DNA of 64,000 nucleotides from Octopus sinensis (GCF_006345805.1 NC_043006.1:101184001-101248000), one strand, 5' to 3'. Numbered from the stretch's first letter, positions 50,170 through 63,929 are shown. A program made the numbers and translations. The notes: generated from the letters alone by a model not told the origin.

Positions 50170-50700
50170 ATGGAACCAGAATTAGAATAATTTTCCAAAA
50201 TGTTTATGGAGCTATTATCTTTGCTGATAGCAGGGGGATTCTCTCTTCGAACAAAAGAAGCATTATACAATGCTTGTATATAAGCTATGATGCTGCATAG
50301 TACTGAAATATGGGTAGTAAATGCAGAAGAGGTGTGTGGGAATAAACATAACAAGTATGATCCACTGAATGCATAATGTCAATGTGTATGAATGATGAGG
50401 TGCTAATAAGCCGAGAAGAATGTGTATAAGAGGAATCAGTTGTAGTGTGCAGCAGAGATTGTAGTAATATAGACAGGTGTGTAAAGAAGTGCCAGGGAAT
50501 TCATGTGGAAGAAAACCAGTTGAAAGTGAAGACCGAGGAAGACATGTGCAGAAGCGATGAATGGTAATCTCAACAAGCTGAACCTCACAAAGGAGATGAC
50601 GAAGAAATGCAAAAAGTGGTAGGTTGCTGTGAGGAGAAACAAATCCAAAAGCTGTAAGCAGAATAGAAAATGATGCATGTAAAAATGTTATTGATGATGA
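50170..50700 (+). mobile_element. Highly decayed RTE 3' remnant
   Basis: LYNACI..MMLHSTEIWVVN-like segment; ends TGATGATGA. Confidence 0.55.
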
Positions 50701-50897
50701 CTAAGACACCAGTTAGGGGTCCTCTCAATATATATAATGTTCAAAATATATATAATGTTCAAAATATTTAAATCACCAATTCTACAGGACAATAAAACTT
50801 CACAAATATATCAATATTTCACTGATCCTTAGAACTCAAAAAGAAGGAGCTTACTCTATCTTTTTATTCCAGTAGATTTCATAGGATAAACACTTGT

Positions 50898-50898
<1 letters not shown>

Positions 50899-50931
<33 letters not shown>

Positions 50932-53900
50932 GTTTAATGTCTGCTTTCCATGCTGGCATGGATTGGACGGTTTGACTGAGTTCTGGCCAGTGGGCTGCAC
51001 AAGACTCCAATCTGATCTAGCAATGTTTCTACAGCTGGATGTCCTTCTTAATGCCAACCACTTTGAGAGTGCTTTTTACGTGCCTCAAGCATGAGGGCTA
51101 GTCAGGCGGCAGTGGCAACGTCCATGCTTGAATGGTGCATTTTATGTCCCACCAGCATGGGAGCCAGCCAGAGGATACTGGCATCAACCCTGTTCAGGTG
51201 GTACTTTTTATGTGCCACTGGCACAGGAGACAGTCAGGGGGCACTAGCATTGACCACATTCAGATGGCACATTTTACTTGTCACCAGCATGGAAGCCAGT
51301 CAGGTGGCACTGGCCACAGATATGATTTCAATTTCGATTTTACTTGACTCAACAGGTCTTCTCAAGCATATAATATCACCCAATGCTTCAGGAGTACTCT
51401 TAAATGGGCCGGTCATGCAACACTGGCATCAGCCATGGCTGTGATCTCACTTTACTTGACAATCACAGCATATCTCCAAAGGTCTCAGTCTCTTGTCATT
51501 GCATCTGTGAGGCCCAAAGTTTGAAGGTCGTGCTTTACTACATCATCCCATGTCTTCCTGAATCTACCTCTTCCACAGGTTCCTTCCACTGTTAGGGTGT
51601 GGTACTGCCTCACACAGTTGTCCTCAACCATCTGTAACACATGACCATACCAGTGCAGTCATCTCTCTTGCACACCACATTTGATGCTTCTTATGTCCAA
51701 CTTTTCTCTCACGGTGCTTACACTATCGTATATGCACACTGACCTTACACATCCAGCAGATCATACTAGCTTCATTTCTTTCAAGCCTACGCATGTACTC
51801 AGCAGTCATGGCCCATATTTCACTACCGTGTACCATAGCAGTTTGCACACATGCATCATACTGTCTACCTTTCACCCTGAGCGAGAGGCCCTTAGCTGCC
51901 ATCAGTGGTAGGAGTTCTCTGAACTTTTCCCAGGCTATTCTAGCAGCTACACTCTCAAAGCATCCACCCCCATTACAGACTTGGTCACCTAGGTAGCAGA
52001 AGCTATCAACTACTTCTAGTTCTTTTTTCCTCCTGGCATGTTATGGAATCTGTTTTCTGTATATCTTCAGTGTTTATTGTCCCTGTGCATCTGCCACACA
52101 CAAAAGCTATCTTCCCAGTTAACCTTCCTTTGATACTGCTGCACCTCTTATGTGTCCATAGCTTACACTGAGTATATCTTATGGAATTTCTAACTATGCC
52201 TTTTCTACAGATCAATCAAGCAGGGCCATCTATCTGAAGGGGTTTGTGATTTGTCTGCCTTCCTACTTACTGAGAATTTGGTTTTTACTAGGTTGATTCT
52301 AGACTCTGCTTCCACATCCTAAACTTTGTCTCTAGTTCTGGTAGTGACTCAGCTATTAGAGCAAGGTCTTCAGCATAGAGGAGCTCTCAGGGGCAACCTG
52401 TCTTGAACTCCTCTATTATTGTCAGGAAGTCTATGATGAATAAGTGAGGACTGAAGACTGATCCTTGGTGAACCCGTACTTCTACCCAGAATTCTTCATT
52501 ATACTCATTGCCAACCCTCACCTTCCTGACAGCATCCCAGTACAGGGCTTGTATGGCTCTTACCAACCACTCATCTATCCCTAGTTTCCATATTGACCTT
52601 TAGATAAGGGACTGGGAGACCCTGTCAAAGGCTTTCTTCAAGTCAGCAAAAGCCAAGTACGAGGACTTATCTTTGGTTAGGTATTTCTCCTGCAGTTGCC
52701 TTACCAGAAATATAGCATCAGTGGTGCTTCTACCTGGCATAAAACCAAACTGTATCTCATCTAGGCTAGCACTCTCCCTAATTAGTTGGGCTATGACCCT
52801 CTTTGTAACTTTTATCACCTAATCCAATAATTTGACACCCCTATAGTTATTTCTATCTAAAGCATCACTTTTACGTTTGCAACAGTTGCCTATGGTGCAG
52901 CCACACTAGTCATTGTGTTTGACTCCTTCAGGAACTACAAATTTACAATGCAGTTGCTAGCCCATAACCCACACCACCCGATATTTTAAGCATCTCAGTA
53001 GTGGTTCCTGAAGGGTCAGGTGCTTTCCCTGTCCTCATGTCCTTAATTGCTCTATCTACCACAATACTGTGAATTCGAGTAGCTGGTCCCTCAATTGGGT
53101 CAACCTTTGGCAGACTCTCCTCCTCCCATTCATTCTCCACATTCAGCAGTCTTTCATAATGGCATCTCCAAACCTCTTTCTTTACAAAATCATTAAATGT
53201 AAGTGCATCATCATCTATGTGGACACATTTCTCTCCTATGACATCGCAATTTTATTGCACACACTGTCTTGCAATCCGAAATATATCAGTTCTTTGGTCC
53301 TCATGTCACTGAACATTGGCAAACTTCTTCTTTTCTGCTTCCCCTTTGTTTATTTATATTCCAGTCTCCTGGTGTTCCTTCTGGCTATCTGATACAGTTC
53401 CCTGCTACCCCAACTCTTCCAGGCCTACCAACCCTGTTTCTTTGCTCTGATAGCCCTGTCTGCAGTATTGTTCCACCACCACATTACCCTAGGTCTGGAA
53501 GGAACTTTGCACCGACCACAGATTTGGTCTGTGGTGTTCAACAAGCTGTCTCACAGGAATCCCCAGTTGCCCTCTATGTCACAAGTCTGTAGCTCCTCTT
53601 CCCTCTCAGTAAGGATATCCCAAAATCTCTGACCATGTGAAGGGTTCTTAAGCTTCCAAGTGCTTCTATTCAAAATTTGTCTGCTTCTTGGCATCCTTCT
53701 GGCCTTCAGTCTAAAATCATTAATAACTAGTTTATTCTCGGAGGTGGAGGGAGCGGTACATTCTTCACTAGGGATGGTATTTGTATTTAAGAGCAACTAT
53801 GCATCCTGCTATCTGGTGAGAGAGAAATTAATCTGGCTAGCAGAGTCACCTTATTGAGAGATTATCAGGTGACTGGCTGGCTTCCTGAAGTTGGTGTTGC

Positions 53901-54470
53901 AGATCAATGGGTTATTTGTGTCACAGAACTCCAGGAGCCTAGTTCCCTCTTCATTTCAGGAGCCAATTCCATGGGCCCCATGTACACCATGAAAGATACC
54001 AGGTTGCCATTCAACATGCCCATTAAAATCTCCAGCCACAAAGATGAGATCATTGTCACTCATCTTTGAGATAGCCTGCAGAAGAATATCATAAAAGTGA
54101 TCCTTCTGTTCATTTGGTAGGCCTGCTTGGGGGGGGGGGCATAGGTAGAGATAATTGTAGCTATACTATTCTGCAAGACTAGCCTGAGTTTAAGAAGTCT
54201 ATTGCACACCCTGACTACCACTATCACCTTATCCACCCATTTCTCTGCAAGAAGTATGCCTACGCCCCTTATTCCATCACTGTTACCTTCCCAAAAGAGT
54301 TTATACCTATGTGATTTGCCTGTGAGTACCCTGGCTGAAGCTCCTCTCCACCTTACCTCTTGTATGCAACATACATCAACATACCTCTGTTCAAGCATCT
54401 CTAAAATCTTGCTGGACCTACCTTTCAATGTGCCAACATTTACAGTGCCAACTCTGAAAACTGAGAAAGG
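50899..54470 (-). mobile_element. Near full-length decayed RTE LINE (APE + RT + 3' UTR)
   Basis: APE: FRVGTVNVGTLKGRS...CCIQEVRWRG; RT: RTGKAPDPSG, QFGFMPGRSTTDAIF, FADLKKAFDRV; (GAT)n tail at 50899-50931. Confidence 0.93.
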
Positions 54471-54989
54471 GATGTGGGAATAAACATAGAAAGGAGAGAT
54501 GTTATTCAGCACATGAAAAGAAGGTTTCTGTGATTGTTTGATAACAGACATGTCATAACAGTTGTTCTGACATTTAACCTAGAATCATTCAAACATGTTA
54601 AAATTGTTAAGGTTGTTGCCTCTATTTGGTGGGTGGAATTAAGGAAGCATTGTGTATGAAAATGTTTTGGTTGTTGTAAATATAAGCGTTGTGAGCATTG
54701 TGGACATAAGCATTATTGGTACTGCAGATATAAATATAAATAAAATAAAAATATGAAAACAAATAAAGTAGAAGTATAGATATGCCAATGTTAAATTAAG
54801 TAAGTGGGCTGCTATCTGGTTTGGTTAGTCCAGAGATGGGAAGAGAAAGGAGGGGGCGGTGAGATTACCAGTGAAGGTGGAGACAAACAGTGTGAGAGAG
54901 GGGAATTTCGGTGGGCGGTGGGACAGGGGGTACAACCATAAACAAGAGGGAGTAATTTTAGGGAATAGTACAAACAAGAAAGAATTATT

Positions 54990-55002
54990 TTAGAGAACAG
55001 TA

Positions 55003-55048
<46 letters not shown>

Positions 55049-55458
55049 GTAGCCAAGAAACAAGGAAAGGATTATTTTAGTGGGAGAGATTACAATCTGG
55101 AAGTTATTTGATGAATAAATATAAATGTTTACAGTTTACGAAAGTGCAGGTTAGTAATAATGTGGGTTAGATAGATGAATGAGGTGATTAAATGAGGTAA
55201 TTAAAAACAAGAGAAATTCGTAGCTGTGCATATTTTCAATTACCATCAAACGGCCAAACACATGGAATAAGCTGCATGAAAGTTTGAGAGGAGGTAGGGA
55301 ACAATTGTAGAGGCCCTCTATATTCACAACAGGTGGAAATGGACAAAGATGGCAGTTTTTGCCCTAGGGAGTAGAAATGGAAATAGCAGTAAGTAGCCAT
55401 TGCAACCAGGAATGAGAGAGATACAAACAAGACCGAAGTTACTTTAGAGAATAGTACG

Positions 55459-55503
<45 letters not shown>

Positions 55504-56113
55504 ATAAAAGCACCACCCGACTGTGTCCATTGCCAATGCCGCCCCGACTGGCCTCCGTGCTGGTGACACGTAAAAAGCACCATCTGATCATGGCCATTGC
55601 CAGCCTTGCCTGGCCCTCCATACCGGTGGCACGTAAAAAGCACCATCCGTCCATGGCCGTTTGCCAGCCCTGCCTGGCACCTGTGTGGGTGGCACGTAAA
55701 AAGCACCCACTACACTTACGGAGTGGTTGGCGTTAGGAAGGGCATCTAGCCATAGAAACACTGCCAGATCAGACTGGGCCTGATGCAGCCTTCTGGCTTC
55801 CCAGACCCCAGTTGAACTGTCCAACCCATGCTAGCATGGAAAGCGGACGTTAAACAATGATGATGATGATGATGATGTGTAGCCAAGAAACAAGGAAAGG
55901 ATCATTTTAGAGGGAGAGATTACAACTGGAAGTTATTTGATGAATAAATATAAATGTTTACAGTTTATGAAAGTGCAGGTTAGTAATGGTGTGAGTTGAA
56001 TGATAGATGAATGAATGAAGCAATTAAAAACCAGAGAAATTCTTAGCTTAGCTGTGCATATTTTCAAGAACAAGAGAGATATGGACAAGAAAGAATTAAC
56101 TTAGAGAACAGTA
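54990..56113. repeat. Local duplication separated by (TA)n and an RTE-tail insertion
   Basis: TGTAGCCAAGAAACAAGGAAAGGAT... at 55048 and 55877; TTAGAGAAYAGTA ends at ~55003, 55456, 56113. Confidence 0.8.
55501..55877 (+). mobile_element. RTE 3'-end copy
   Basis: Three GGCACGTAAAAAGCACC units, conserved 3' block, (GAT)n. Confidence 0.85.
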
Positions 56114-56622
56114 ATATGGTGCGGAATTTAGAAAATCATAATCCATACAGCTCTTCGTCTTCAAAGTTATTTGCTTTCAAAATCCTCAATTTTATATTAT
56201 ATTTTGTAAATGATAGTGTTGTTGCAAAGGATTATGGACAGGTTCATAGAATTTCCAGTGGTGACAATGTCAAAGGATTGTCAATGCAGCTTTGTTCAGA
56301 ACAAATGCCACACTACTTCAAAAGTATCAGTTTATCAGTTTTCTCAACAAGATGTATATCTTTCAAAAAATATATATATGAGCACAATGACACACACACA
56401 AACATATCCATATACATATGGTGCCAACACGGTTGTGTTTAGAAGTTTACTTGGCTACCATGTGGTTTCAGGTTCAATATCACTAGAATTGACTTCTGAG
56501 CCACAAATGCCTTGTGAGTGAATTTGATAGATGAAAATTGTAGAAAGCCTGTTTATATATACATGTATGTATATAAATATATGTGTATATATATATATAT
56601 ATATGATATAATATATATAATA

Positions 56623-57005
56623 CTAGTAGTATCACCCGGCGTTGCTCGGGTTTGTAAGAGAAATAACTATATAAGCATTTTTAGAGATGTAAAGTATAAT
56701 AGCCATCTCAATATGGCTAACCACAAAAGGGGGTGTTATTATAGCTTTTTACGTTAATAAATTTTTAGATAGTTACTTCCCTTATATATGCCAAAAACGC
56801 ATTAAAAATGGGAAAAATTGATGGTAAATTATTTTTAAAATCGTAGATTCATCGTAGACGTGCGCTAATACCCAGAAGGGCTCGATATGAATCACGACTA
56901 TAAGATATCCACTTTTGGTTAAAATGCACCGCAAAATGTGGGAGTAGTTAGGAATCTAAATCGTAGGAGACAGACAGCACACAACCTCACTTTTATATAT
57001 AAAGA
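56623..57005 (-). mobile_element. Non-autonomous Helitron
   Basis: Minus strand 5' TCTTTATATATAAAAG...; 3' CCCGAGCAACGCCGGG hairpin then CTAG; A|T site. Confidence 0.8.
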
Positions 57006-57135
57006 TATATATCATATATATATTATAATATATATTATATATATTTATATATATAATATATGCCATTCAGTGGGACTGAACTTAGAATCATGTGGTTGGG
57101 AAGCAAGCTTTTTACCACACAGCCACTCCTGCATC

Positions 57136-57181
<46 letters not shown>

Positions 57182-57402
57182 ATTTATTATTTTGCACATT
57201 AATTAATCATTGTTATATGTTTTATCTTATATTTAATCTTTCTATAATATGTAATTTTTCTAAATGGTATAATTTAATTTTTCAATATTGAATTGATAAA
57301 AGGTGTTTTTTTCTAATTTATATATATATTATATTTTGTGAAATTTGACTTAGTATTTCTAAATTGAATTTTTCCCTGTAAGTTTGGAATAATATTCCCT
57401 CA

Positions 57403-57446
<44 letters not shown>

Positions 57447-57483
57447 TACATATATATATATATATATGTGTGTATGTATATAT

Positions 57484-57887
57484 TCTTTTACTTGTTTCAG
57501 TATTTGACTATGGCCATGCTGGAGCACTGCCTTTAGTTGAACAAATCAACCTCAGAACTTAGTCTTTGTAAGCATAGTAGTTATTTTATCTGTGTCTTTT
57601 GCCAAACTGCTAAGTCACAGAGATGTAAACACACCAGCATCGGTTGTCAAGCGATGGTGGAGGAACAAACTCAGACACAAGCACACACATACAAACACAC
57701 ACACACACACACATATATATATACAACGGGCTTCTTTCAGTTTCCATCCACCAAATCCACTCACAAGGCTTTGATAAGCCTGAGCCTCTAGAAGAAGATA
57801 CTTTCCCAAGGTGCCATTCAGTGGCACTGAACTTAGAATCATGTGGTTTGGAAGCAAGCCTTTTACCACACAGCCACTCCTGCACCT
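57484..57887 (-). mobile_element. SINE family A
   Basis: Reverse-complement match, head to tail. Confidence 0.8.
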
Positions 57888-58292
57888 ATATGTATAAATA
57901 TATATATATCGTCATCATCATTATCATCATCGTCATCATCATCATCATTTAACATCTGTTTTCTTTGCTGGCATGAGTTGGATGGCTTGACAGGAGCTGA
58001 CAAGGCCATACCGTATTCCATAGGCTATTTTGGCTTGTTTTCTATGCTTAGATGTCCTTCCTAATGCCAACCACTTCACAGAGTGTACCTGGTGTTTTTA
58101 TGTGGCACTATTGTCAGTGCTTTTTACGTGGCATCAGCACCAATGCATTTTACATGACACCTTGACTTTAGGATATCAATTCTGTTGTGGTGGTCAGGTC
58201 TTCTTGAGTACAGCATTTTGGAAATATATATATATATATTCATGTATGTATGTGTGTACGTAGGTAGGTATGTATGTTTGTATGTATGTATA

Positions 58293-58333
<41 letters not shown>

Positions 58334-58804
58334 ATATGTATATATACATATATATGTGTATGTATATATATATATGTAGCAAGGGTATGAGAGGTACTGG
58401 TATCTAGAAAACCTAAAGAGTGGTAGGTAATGCTAAGTAAGTACTATGGACAGATCGTAGTTATAATAATTCCTTATTTCAAACTCAAATACCTCTATTT
58501 AACCATCTCACACTGTCTCAGATGAAGGGATATCCATAATATCCCAGAAACAGCTATAACACTATATCTATATCTTTCTTCCTTATAAATGTCCTGAAAA
58601 CTACTCACAGCCTTGACTTTGTTATCTCACCTTGTCTGATATATATATATATGAATAAATGAAAGAATGGAGTCGAACGAAGATGTTAACAAAATTCCTT
58701 TACTCTCGACACATGTTTCGAAGACAGCATGTTTTCATTCCAAAGGAATAAAGGGTGCATTATTTTCCATGCTGACGATAAACATAGCATAATTTATTCA
58801 CCTA

Positions 58805-58851
<47 letters not shown>

Positions 58852-58858
58852 GTATGTA

Positions 58859-60151
58859 CGAGAGGCGTTCAATAAGTAATGCCCCTGACCCACTTCCCAT
58901 AGTAGTAGAGCAACGAAACTTGGCACAGTTATTAGTCTTTTTCTACATAGGAACCACCCAGACTTATGTATTTCTCCCATCGTTTAATGCAGCTCTGGAG
59001 ACCGTTTTTGTAGAAGACCCCAGCTTGGTCCTCCAACCACGACATGAATTCAGAAATCAAGGCTGCATCATCTGGGAAACGCTTTCCTTTCAAAAACAAC
59101 TTCATGGCTGGGAAGAGATGAAAATTAGAGGGTGCAAGGTCAGGAGAGTAGGGGGGATGGGGGAGGAGTTCATAGCCGCATGCCTGTGCTTCTGATCTGG
59201 CGACACGTGAGTTGTAGACCGGAGCGTTGTCCTGCAGGAGGAGGATGCCATTGCTGATCTTGCCCTGCCTCTTGATTTTGATAGCTTCTCTTAATTCCCT
59301 CAAAAGTGAAGCATAATAGGCTCCTGTAATTCTGGTACCCTTTGCCAGGAAATCTGTCATCACTACTCCGTCCTGGTCCCAGAAGACTGTGAGCATGACC
59401 TTGCCAGCGGAGGGCTGCACCCTTGCCTTCTTTTGAGGAGGTGAGTCACGGTGCTTCCACTGCATTGACTGGGCTTTGGTCTCTGGATCATAGTGATAAA
59501 CCCAGGTTTCATCCTGTGTAATCAGTCTTTTGAAAAATTTTGACTCATCTTCGTGGCACATCTCCAAATTCATCCTCGAGCACTCAATGCGTTCTTGCTT
59601 TTGGAAAGGTGTGAGCAACCAGGGAATCCATCTGGCAGACACCTTTTGCATATGCAAATGGTCATAAATGATAGTTTCCATAGACCCGGTACTAATCTTG
59701 ACCTCATGGGCTATTTGGCGAATAGTTATGCATCGATCTTCCAAAATGGCAGCCTCAACTTGACGGACAGATGCCTCATCAATGGTAGAAGGGGTACGAC
59801 CAGATCTGGGAGCTGTTTCCACAGAGTTCCGACTATGTTTGAATTCATGATGCCAGCGTTTTACAAGGTCATATGATGGGGCATCATCACCATAAGTTAC
59901 TTTCATTTCATCAAAAGTCTCCCGTGGTGTGCGTCCTTTCAAATACAAAAACCGGATCACTGTTCGACACTCAACAGGCTCCATTTCACACTTGTCTCAG
60001 TTCAAACACCTGTAAATCAGAAACCACAATTAGTTCAGAGCTGTAATTTTCCACTTAATCTATAGAGACATAAATAATTGCACAAGCAAAATTTCAGCAA
60101 GATCAAACAACTGCAAGTGGGTCAGAGGCATTACTTATTGAACGTCCCTCG
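58859..60151 (-). mobile_element. Full-length mariner (irritans-like), TA TSD
   Basis: TIRs CGAGAGGCGTTCAATAAGTAATGCCCCTGACCCACTT vs reverse CGAGGGACGTTCAATAAGTAATGCCTCTGACCCACTT (3 mismatches); TA at 58857-58858 and 60152-60153. Confidence 0.97.
58932..59984 (-). CDS. mariner transposase, uninterrupted 350 aa, DD34N
   Basis: HTH region, WIPWLL, ITQDETW, GKVMLTVFWD, LQDNAP, YSPDLAPSNFHLF. Confidence 0.92.
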   Translation of the reverse strand: MEPVECRTVIRFLYLKGRTPRETFDEMKVTYGDDAPSYDLVKRWHHEFKHSRNSVETAPRSGRTPSTIDEASVRQVEAAILEDRCITIRQIAHEVKISTGSMETIIYDHLHMQKVSARWIPWLLTPFQKQERIECSRMNLEMCHEDESKFFKRLITQDETWVYHYDPETKAQSMQWKHRDSPPQKKARVQPSAGKVMLTVFWDQDGVVMTDFLAKGTRITGAYYASLLRELREAIKIKRQGKISNGILLLQDNAPVYNSRVARSEAQACGYELLPHPPYSPDLAPSNFHLFPAMKLFLKGKRFPDDAALISEFMSWLEDQAGVFYKNGLQSCIKRWEKYISLGGSYVEKD

Positions 60152-60999
60152 TATGTATATATATGTATATATATGTATGTATGTATGTATATGTATGTAT
60201 GTATATATATGTATGTATGTATATGTATGTATGTATGTATGCATGCATGCATGCATGTTAGTGAGTGAGTTCAAATGGGAAACAGGTGAAGGTTTGTAAT
60301 AGAAAAAGTATTCAGCTATGAAATGAAACCCTACTTCAAATTAATACCCTGCATGCCATGATAACACGGGAAAACAAATGTTGAATGAATGAACAATTGA
60401 ACAAAGGACAGTGGGTTTCCATATATTTTTCTGCCAATGAAATCCCTCTCACAAGGTATTGGTCATTTTAAGATTGTTGTAGGAGACTTTTACATGTACT
60501 GCGTAGCAGGATTGAAACCAAAACTACATCGTTGCAAAGTGAGCTTCCGAACACACATACAGTCATATTTAGGTCTTACATAGCTATATCTGTATTTATA
60601 CACTGCTACACTTGTGCCCATATAGTGTAGCTAAGTTGAGTTCTCTTGGTAGAGAGGCCATCCATCACCAATCTATTTTCATATGAATTTTATTTTTTTC
60701 ATCTCAACACACGTTTATAACACCTTTTAATATCTTTGCAATTTGTGAATGTGAAGGAAAAAAGTTGTAAATCTTTCACTTTTGAAAAATAAATTAATAA
60801 TTACAGTCATATAAAATAAGGGTGAAAAGTGATGCTGCAAACTATTCAAATACTTTGTCATTTCAAAATGCTGCAGCCTCTGACAGTGTTACAGTTAGAT
60901 GTATCAAACCTTTGAAAATTATGAGTGGTGGCCATGGACATGTGGAAAGCAGATGTTATGCACAAACCATCAGTCCTGTTTTATGATGCCTGATGTTCT

Positions 61000-61430
61000 A
61001 TTAATTCAACTTCTTGTGGATCAACTCAGCTATTTTTAGACAAACTCAACTACCTGTAGATGAACTCGGCGGCGAGCTGGCAGAAACGTTAGCACGTCAG
61101 GCAAAATGCTTAGCGGTATTTCGTCTGCCGTTATGTTCTGAGTTCAAATTCCGCCGAGGTCGACTTTGCCTTTCATCCTTTCGGGGTCGATAAATTAAGT
61201 ACCAGTTAGGCACTGGGGTCGATGTAATCGACCTAATCCCTTTGTCTGTCCTTGTTTGTCCCCTCTACGTTTAGCCCCTTGTGGGCAGTAAAGAAATATA
61301 TATGTTAATCAACTCAACTGTCAGTGGACCAACACAACTATGTGTGGATCAACTTCACTCTCTGTGGATCAACTTAACTCTCTGTGGATCAACTTCACTA
61401 TCTGTGAATCAACTCACTATTTGTGGATCA
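61000..61430. repeat. ~20-bp minisatellite split by a SINE
   Basis: TGTGGATCAACTTCACTCTC-like units on both sides of 61068-61297. Confidence 0.75.
61068..61297 (+). mobile_element. tRNA-derived SINE family B, full-length
   Basis: GGCGGCGAGCTGGCAGAAACGTTAGC...GAGTTCAAATTCC...GCCTTTCATCCTTTCGGGGTCGATAAATTAAGTACC. Confidence 0.88.
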
Positions 61431-62101
61431 CAAATAAAAAATATATGAACTCATATCCATATGTATTTGAACTTGCGGTTAAATTAAGCATCCTCCTTTT
61501 TTGTGCCATACCTACTGCTGTCAAAAGTCACAGACCTCTAGTTCCTCATGTCCCACATACACCTTGGCAAGTTATTTGGCTGGTCTTTCTGTAGCCAGCC
61601 AGTAAAACCATCAAATATCACTTCTCTCTGTTTTTTTCTGCTTTTTGTTCCTGTCAGTTTACCAATTACCATTAAGTGGTAATTGGTTTTGTCTTCCCAT
61701 ATAATCTCCAATAAACTTAGACTGTTGCAGCCTTATGTTTTAAGAATATTTTGATTGACAAAAAGCTTCAACATTTTGTTTTTATTTTAGTCAAGAAGGA
61801 AAGCAGCACTGATGACTCTTCACAGATCCTCTGAGACTGGTGAGAAGGAAAAGAGAAGGTATCTGCAAACCAGAGATCTGATCCAAATATTTGCAACATA
61901 ATGAACTCAGCCAGATGCACCTAAGATGTCAGGTGTTGGTGTTAAACTGGATATAAGAGAAACCAGTTGTAGAGCAAAAAAGGGGTGACTTTGCTGGTAT
62001 GGACATGTGATACATATTAATTTCAAATTTTGGCACAAGGCCAGCAATTTCAGGTTAGGGAATAAATCAATTATATCAACCCCAGTGCTCAGCTGGTATT
62101 A

Positions 62102-62333
62102 AGGTGGTAGGCTGGCAGAAACGTTAGCACTCCGGGCGAAATGCTTAGCGGTATTTCGTCTGCCGCTACGTTCTGAGTTCAAATTCCGCCGAGGTCAACT
62201 TTGCCTTTCATCCTTTCGGGGTCGATTAAATAAGTACCAGTTACGCACTGGGGTCGATATAATCGACTTAATCCATTTGTCTGTCCTTGTTTATCCTCTC
62301 TGTGTTTAGCCCCTTTTGGGTAGTAAAGAAATA
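62102..62333 (+). mobile_element. SINE family B nested in an opposite-strand related SINE
   Basis: Same family; GGTATT duplicated on both sides; host copy ~62020-62465 (-) itself interrupts an RTE remnant. Confidence 0.85.
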
Positions 62334-63634
62334 GGTATTTATTTTATCGACACCGAAAGGATAAAAGGCAAAGTGGACCTCAGCAGAATTTGAACTCAGA
62401 ACATAAAAGCATGAAATGCCACTGAACATTTTGTCTGGCATGCTAATGATTCTACTAGCTTGCTGTCTTGACATGTAATACATATTAGATGATGACAATT
62501 GGGTGAAGAAGTGCCAGGAGCTTCATGTGGAAGGAAACATATTTAAAACTATAAACTTGTTTCAAGGTTGTTCCATTTATTCTGATGTTGCATATTGTTG
62601 GTACCTTATTTGAGATTCTCATTGTCTCTTTAAATTTTCATTTCTGTTAAGACTCAAACCCGTCTTTTCACTCTTATATAATTAACAATATTAACTAATG
62701 TTTGTAAATCTTTCCTTCATGTTGCTATGAGGATTGTATCATCTTTAAAACAGATATATTGATGTCTTTTAGTGGGTTGGTTACCAATGTAACAAGGTTT
62801 AATTTTGCAATGTGTTCAAATGTAACTATGTCAGAATATAATGTGCAATGAAGTGCATGTAGAAATAAATGTCAGAAGGCATGTTTTATTTATAAAGCAT
62901 AGTAATTTATTTTGAATTGTTGATAAGTGCTATGCAAAGTGAGGATATAAGAATTAATTTCTATCTTTGCATGTGAATGTTAAAATATGTAGAGCTTTGG
63001 GAGAATGAGAGATGTGTAGTGAGACATGAATTAATTTTGCATGACTTACTATGTATTCAAGTTTGGTACTTATAAGCTACAGAATGATTATGGATATAAG
63101 TCAAAAGAGTTGCATGGCATTGGTAGTGAACACTGTCAAAGACACATACCAGAAAGAGTGATGTTGCCACTAGAACCGTCAAATCTGCAACTGATTTAGC
63201 TCTTTGGAAAAGGCGTGTTTACTGCTGGGTGGAACTTGCCACATGTATCCTTCCACAGCCAACTCTAATTAAGCTAAAGTTAGGCACATAAATTGTGACT
63301 AAGGTTTGGTGGAAAGTTTTAATTCAAAACTTATGAAAACAAGACATTTGTACTACAGAGCCAGAGGCGGTTTCAGCTGGGTTGGTATTGAAAGGGTTAA
63401 TGTAGTTCCCAGAGAGATTCAGCATGATACAGTATGTGACAATGCTGACCCTTTGAATTGCAGCTGCTACTCATTTTTGCCAGTTGAGTGTACTGGAACA
63501 ATGAGAAATAAAGTGTCTTGCTCAAGGTCACAACATACCACTGGAAATCGTACTCAAAACTTATGATCATGAGCCAAATACCCTAACTACAAAGTCATGG
63601 GCCTATAAAAAGAATAATATCGATTAAAAAAAAA

Positions 63635-63929
63635 ACATTCGATCAAGGTCATTGCCAGTGCCGCTGGACTGGCTCCTGTGCAGGTGGCACATAAAAAGCA
63701 CCATTTGAGCGTGGTCGTTGCCAGTACTACCTGACTGGCCTTCGTGCTGGTAGCACATAAAAGCACCCACTACACTCTCGGAGTGGTTGGCATTAGGAAG
63801 GGCATCTAGCTGTAGAAACTCTGCCAGATCAGACTGGAGTCTGGTGCAGCCATCTGGTTTGCCAGACCTCAGTTAAATCGTCCATGGAAAGCATGGAAAG
63901 CAGACGTTAAATGATGATGATGATGATGA
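63635..63929 (+). mobile_element. RTE 3'-end copy
   Basis: Conserved block and (GAT)n tail. Confidence 0.8.

Noticed and set aside
61791-61901. Possible host exon after TTTTATTTTAG (SRRKAALMTLHR...)
   Set aside because: Short, no recognisable homology and no partner exons; an acceptor-like site is expected by chance in T-rich DNA.
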